DNA of 38,422 nucleotides from IMG/VR virus record IMGVR_UViG_3300044820_000057, positions 1 through 38,422 of that record; one strand, written 5' to 3'. The notes under the pieces are model-generated. The model was not told where the DNA came from. It worked only from the letters and a program-made list of their open reading frames with translations, and searched no databases. This DNA comes from a virus (lineage: Duplodnaviria; Caudoviricetes). This document shows, in pieces, positions 36,937 to 38,422 of the stretch (positions within the stretch are counted from its first letter, which is position 1; the number at the start of each line of letters is the position of its first letter). Both the position numbers and the translations under genes were made by a program.

Positions 36937-37484
36937 GGAGCGCGCTCCGTGTACTGGTCGAAGCCGGGCAACTCGGCATCCGGCACCGTGCCCCATTCCG
37001 CCAGGCCATCGGCCACCAACGTGTCCGGCCGCCACCCCTTGGCCAAGTACGCTTCCAGCGCAATGCCGTTGGCCTTGGGGGTCATCCTCAGCCGACGCCC
37101 CAGCAGGTTGCCGTCCAGGTACTGCATGACCGCTGCGGCCTCCTGATACGGCTTGTCAAAGGACCGATCCTCCAGCAGCGGGCGGACGCGCAGGTATTCC
37201 AACCCGTAGCGATCGGCGGCGCCGCTGGCCAGGATGCGGGACCAGACGTACGCATCCATCCCCGGCGTGCGCTGCTCGCGGGTGACGCGCGAATAGAGCA
37301 GCGGGGACTGCGGGACCAAGGCATTGGGGGCGGCCGCGCTGGGCATCGTTTTGAAGTTGACGCACTGGACGCAGCCGGCGTTGCTGACGAAACGTTCGGC
37401 CAGGTGACCATGTTTGCACGGCTTCCCGGTAAAGAAGCGGCGGCGGCCGGCGCGCTGGGCATCTAGGCGACTTATCAATTCCAT
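36933..37484 (-). CDS. Modular protein: N-terminal CxxGH..CxxC module and C-terminal MTxKANG..GW domain
   Basis: GAGG RBS before ATG 37484; FFTGKPCKHGH.AER......CVQC; RMTPKANG..YLAKGW....L...G. Confidence 0.7.
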   Translation of the reverse strand: MELISRLDAQRAGRRRFFTGKPCKHGHLAERFVSNAGCVQCVNFKTMPSAAAPNALVPQSPLLYSRVTREQRTPGMDAYVWSRILASGAADRYGLEYLRVRPLLEDRSFDKPYQEAAAVMQYLDGNLLGRRLRMTPKANGIALEAYLAKGWRPDTLVADGLAEWGTVPDAELPGFDQYTERAP

Positions 37485-37779
37485 TGGGGTACCCTCGTGT
37501 TTCCATACTGACACTTCCATTATATTAGTGAATATTAGCCTAGTTACAAGCTAAATAACACATATTCATTAATTTTTTACACGTAAGGGTTAGGGATTTT
37601 TTCCGGTAAATCGGGGTTGCCGGAAATTGTAGGGGGCCCAGGACGTTGAAGAAAATAGCCGCAGTGCAGCAGCATAATTTAATGCATACGTATGCTGCAT
37701 ACGGGCGGCCCGACACCGCGCAGCTGCTGCCCCCTCCGTGGAAGTGTGCAACGGCGCCCGGTTGCGGTACGCTGGCGGC
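37485..37779. promoter_or_regulatory. AT-rich divergent intergenic control region
   Basis: The only long non-coding and strongly AT-rich stretch; TATAAT on the minus strand at 37519-37524; TACGCT at 37768-37773 before terS; several palindromes. Confidence 0.6.
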
Positions 37780-38422
37780 ATGGCTGACAACCCCCTAACG
37801 TCCGACCGGGTCGACCACGGCGTGCCGCTGCGCGAGCGTTACGAGCGCTTCTGTGGCCACTTCGTGGAATCGCGCAACCCCATGCAGGCATTCCGCCTGG
37901 CGTTCGTGCTGGACAAGGGCGCCACGTCGCAGTGGGTTCACGAGCAGGCGCAGAAGCTGCTGGCCGACCCGCATGTGGCCTTGCGCGTGCAGGAACTGCG
38001 CGACACCGCGGCGGCCCAAACGATCGTCAGCGTGCGGGAACTGCTGCAGGATTGGCACGACATCGCCACGGCCGACCCCAACGAAATTGTCAGCCACGTG
38101 CGCGAGGCCTGCCGGTTTTGCCACGGCGTCGGCCACCACTACCAATGGGCCGATGAGCGCGAATATGCGGAAGCGTGCGACAAGGCGACGCGCAACAAAC
38201 AGCCGCTGCCGGACATGTCCGGGGGCTTTGGCTACCGGCCAGACGTTGAACCGATGATGACGTGCCCCGCCTGTTACGGGCGCGGCGAAGGGCGTGTGAT
38301 TGTCCACGACACGCGCAAGCTATCCCCCGCCGCGCGCAAGTTGTACGCGGGCGTCAAAGAGACGCGCAACGGCGTGGAAGTGCAGCTGCATGACCAGCAC
38401 AAGGCGCGCGAATCGCTCGGGC
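37780..38422 (+). CDS. terS: Terminase small subunit, 3'-truncated (not in the ORF track)
   Basis: ERFCGHFVESRNPMQAFRLA..AQKLLADPHVALRVQEL (TerS HTH), IATADPNE, CRFCHG...CPACYG.G, DTRKLS..A..LYAGVK....G.EV...DQ. Confidence 0.85.
   Translation, partial: MADNPLTSDRVDHGVPLRERYERFCGHFVESRNPMQAFRLAFVLDKGATSQWVHEQAQKLLADPHVALRVQELRDTAAAQTIVSVRELLQDWHDIATADPNEIVSHVREACRFCHGVGHHYQWADEREYAEACDKATRNKQPLPDMSGGFGYRPDVEPMMTCPACYGRGEGRVIVHDTRKLSPAARKLYAGVKETRNGVEVQLHDQHKARESLG

Noticed and set aside
37584-37595. TAAGGGTTAGGG telomere-like sequence
   Set aside because: Only two imperfect units; compatible with chance.
1-38422. Integrase, att site, tRNA or alternative genetic code
   Set aside because: None recognised; core genes are full length under the standard code and use all three stop codons. 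Lifestyle cannot be settled because part of the genome is outside the window.

Overview
This window is most of the genome of a GC-rich tailed dsDNA phage with a contractile tail. Gene order and motifs fit the Bcep781/OP2/AP22-like myovirus layout: DUF2213 protease, decoration protein, DUF2184 capsid, DUF4054 adaptor, DUF3383 sheath, tube, chaperone, tape measure, baseplate, DUF2612 and tail fibre. A lysis region follows, then a leftward replication operon (family A DNA polymerase, SSB, Cas4-like nuclease), a rightward operon (EndoVII, SF2 helicase, VRR-NUC-like nuclease, TetR-like regulator, primase-helicase, HNH) and a leftward block of small genes. The window ends in the terminase small subunit. 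TerL and portal are presumably outside it, and I saw no integrase, tRNA or CRISPR array. The most unusual features are: (1) four consecutive Sec-signal-peptide proteins right after the tail fibre, including a fibre-like Gly-rich protein and a subtilase-like protein, which may form an exported fibre or accessory module; (2) a DUF2612 baseplate protein fused to an Asp-box propeller and three PASTA domains; (3) a secreted collagen-stalk GH5 glycosidase with an intact active site; (4) a GH19 endolysin inverted inside the lysis cassette; (5) a shared promoter/operator motif (TGAC-N6-GTCA) at three regulatory positions. All family calls come from recognising motifs by eye; no searches were run.
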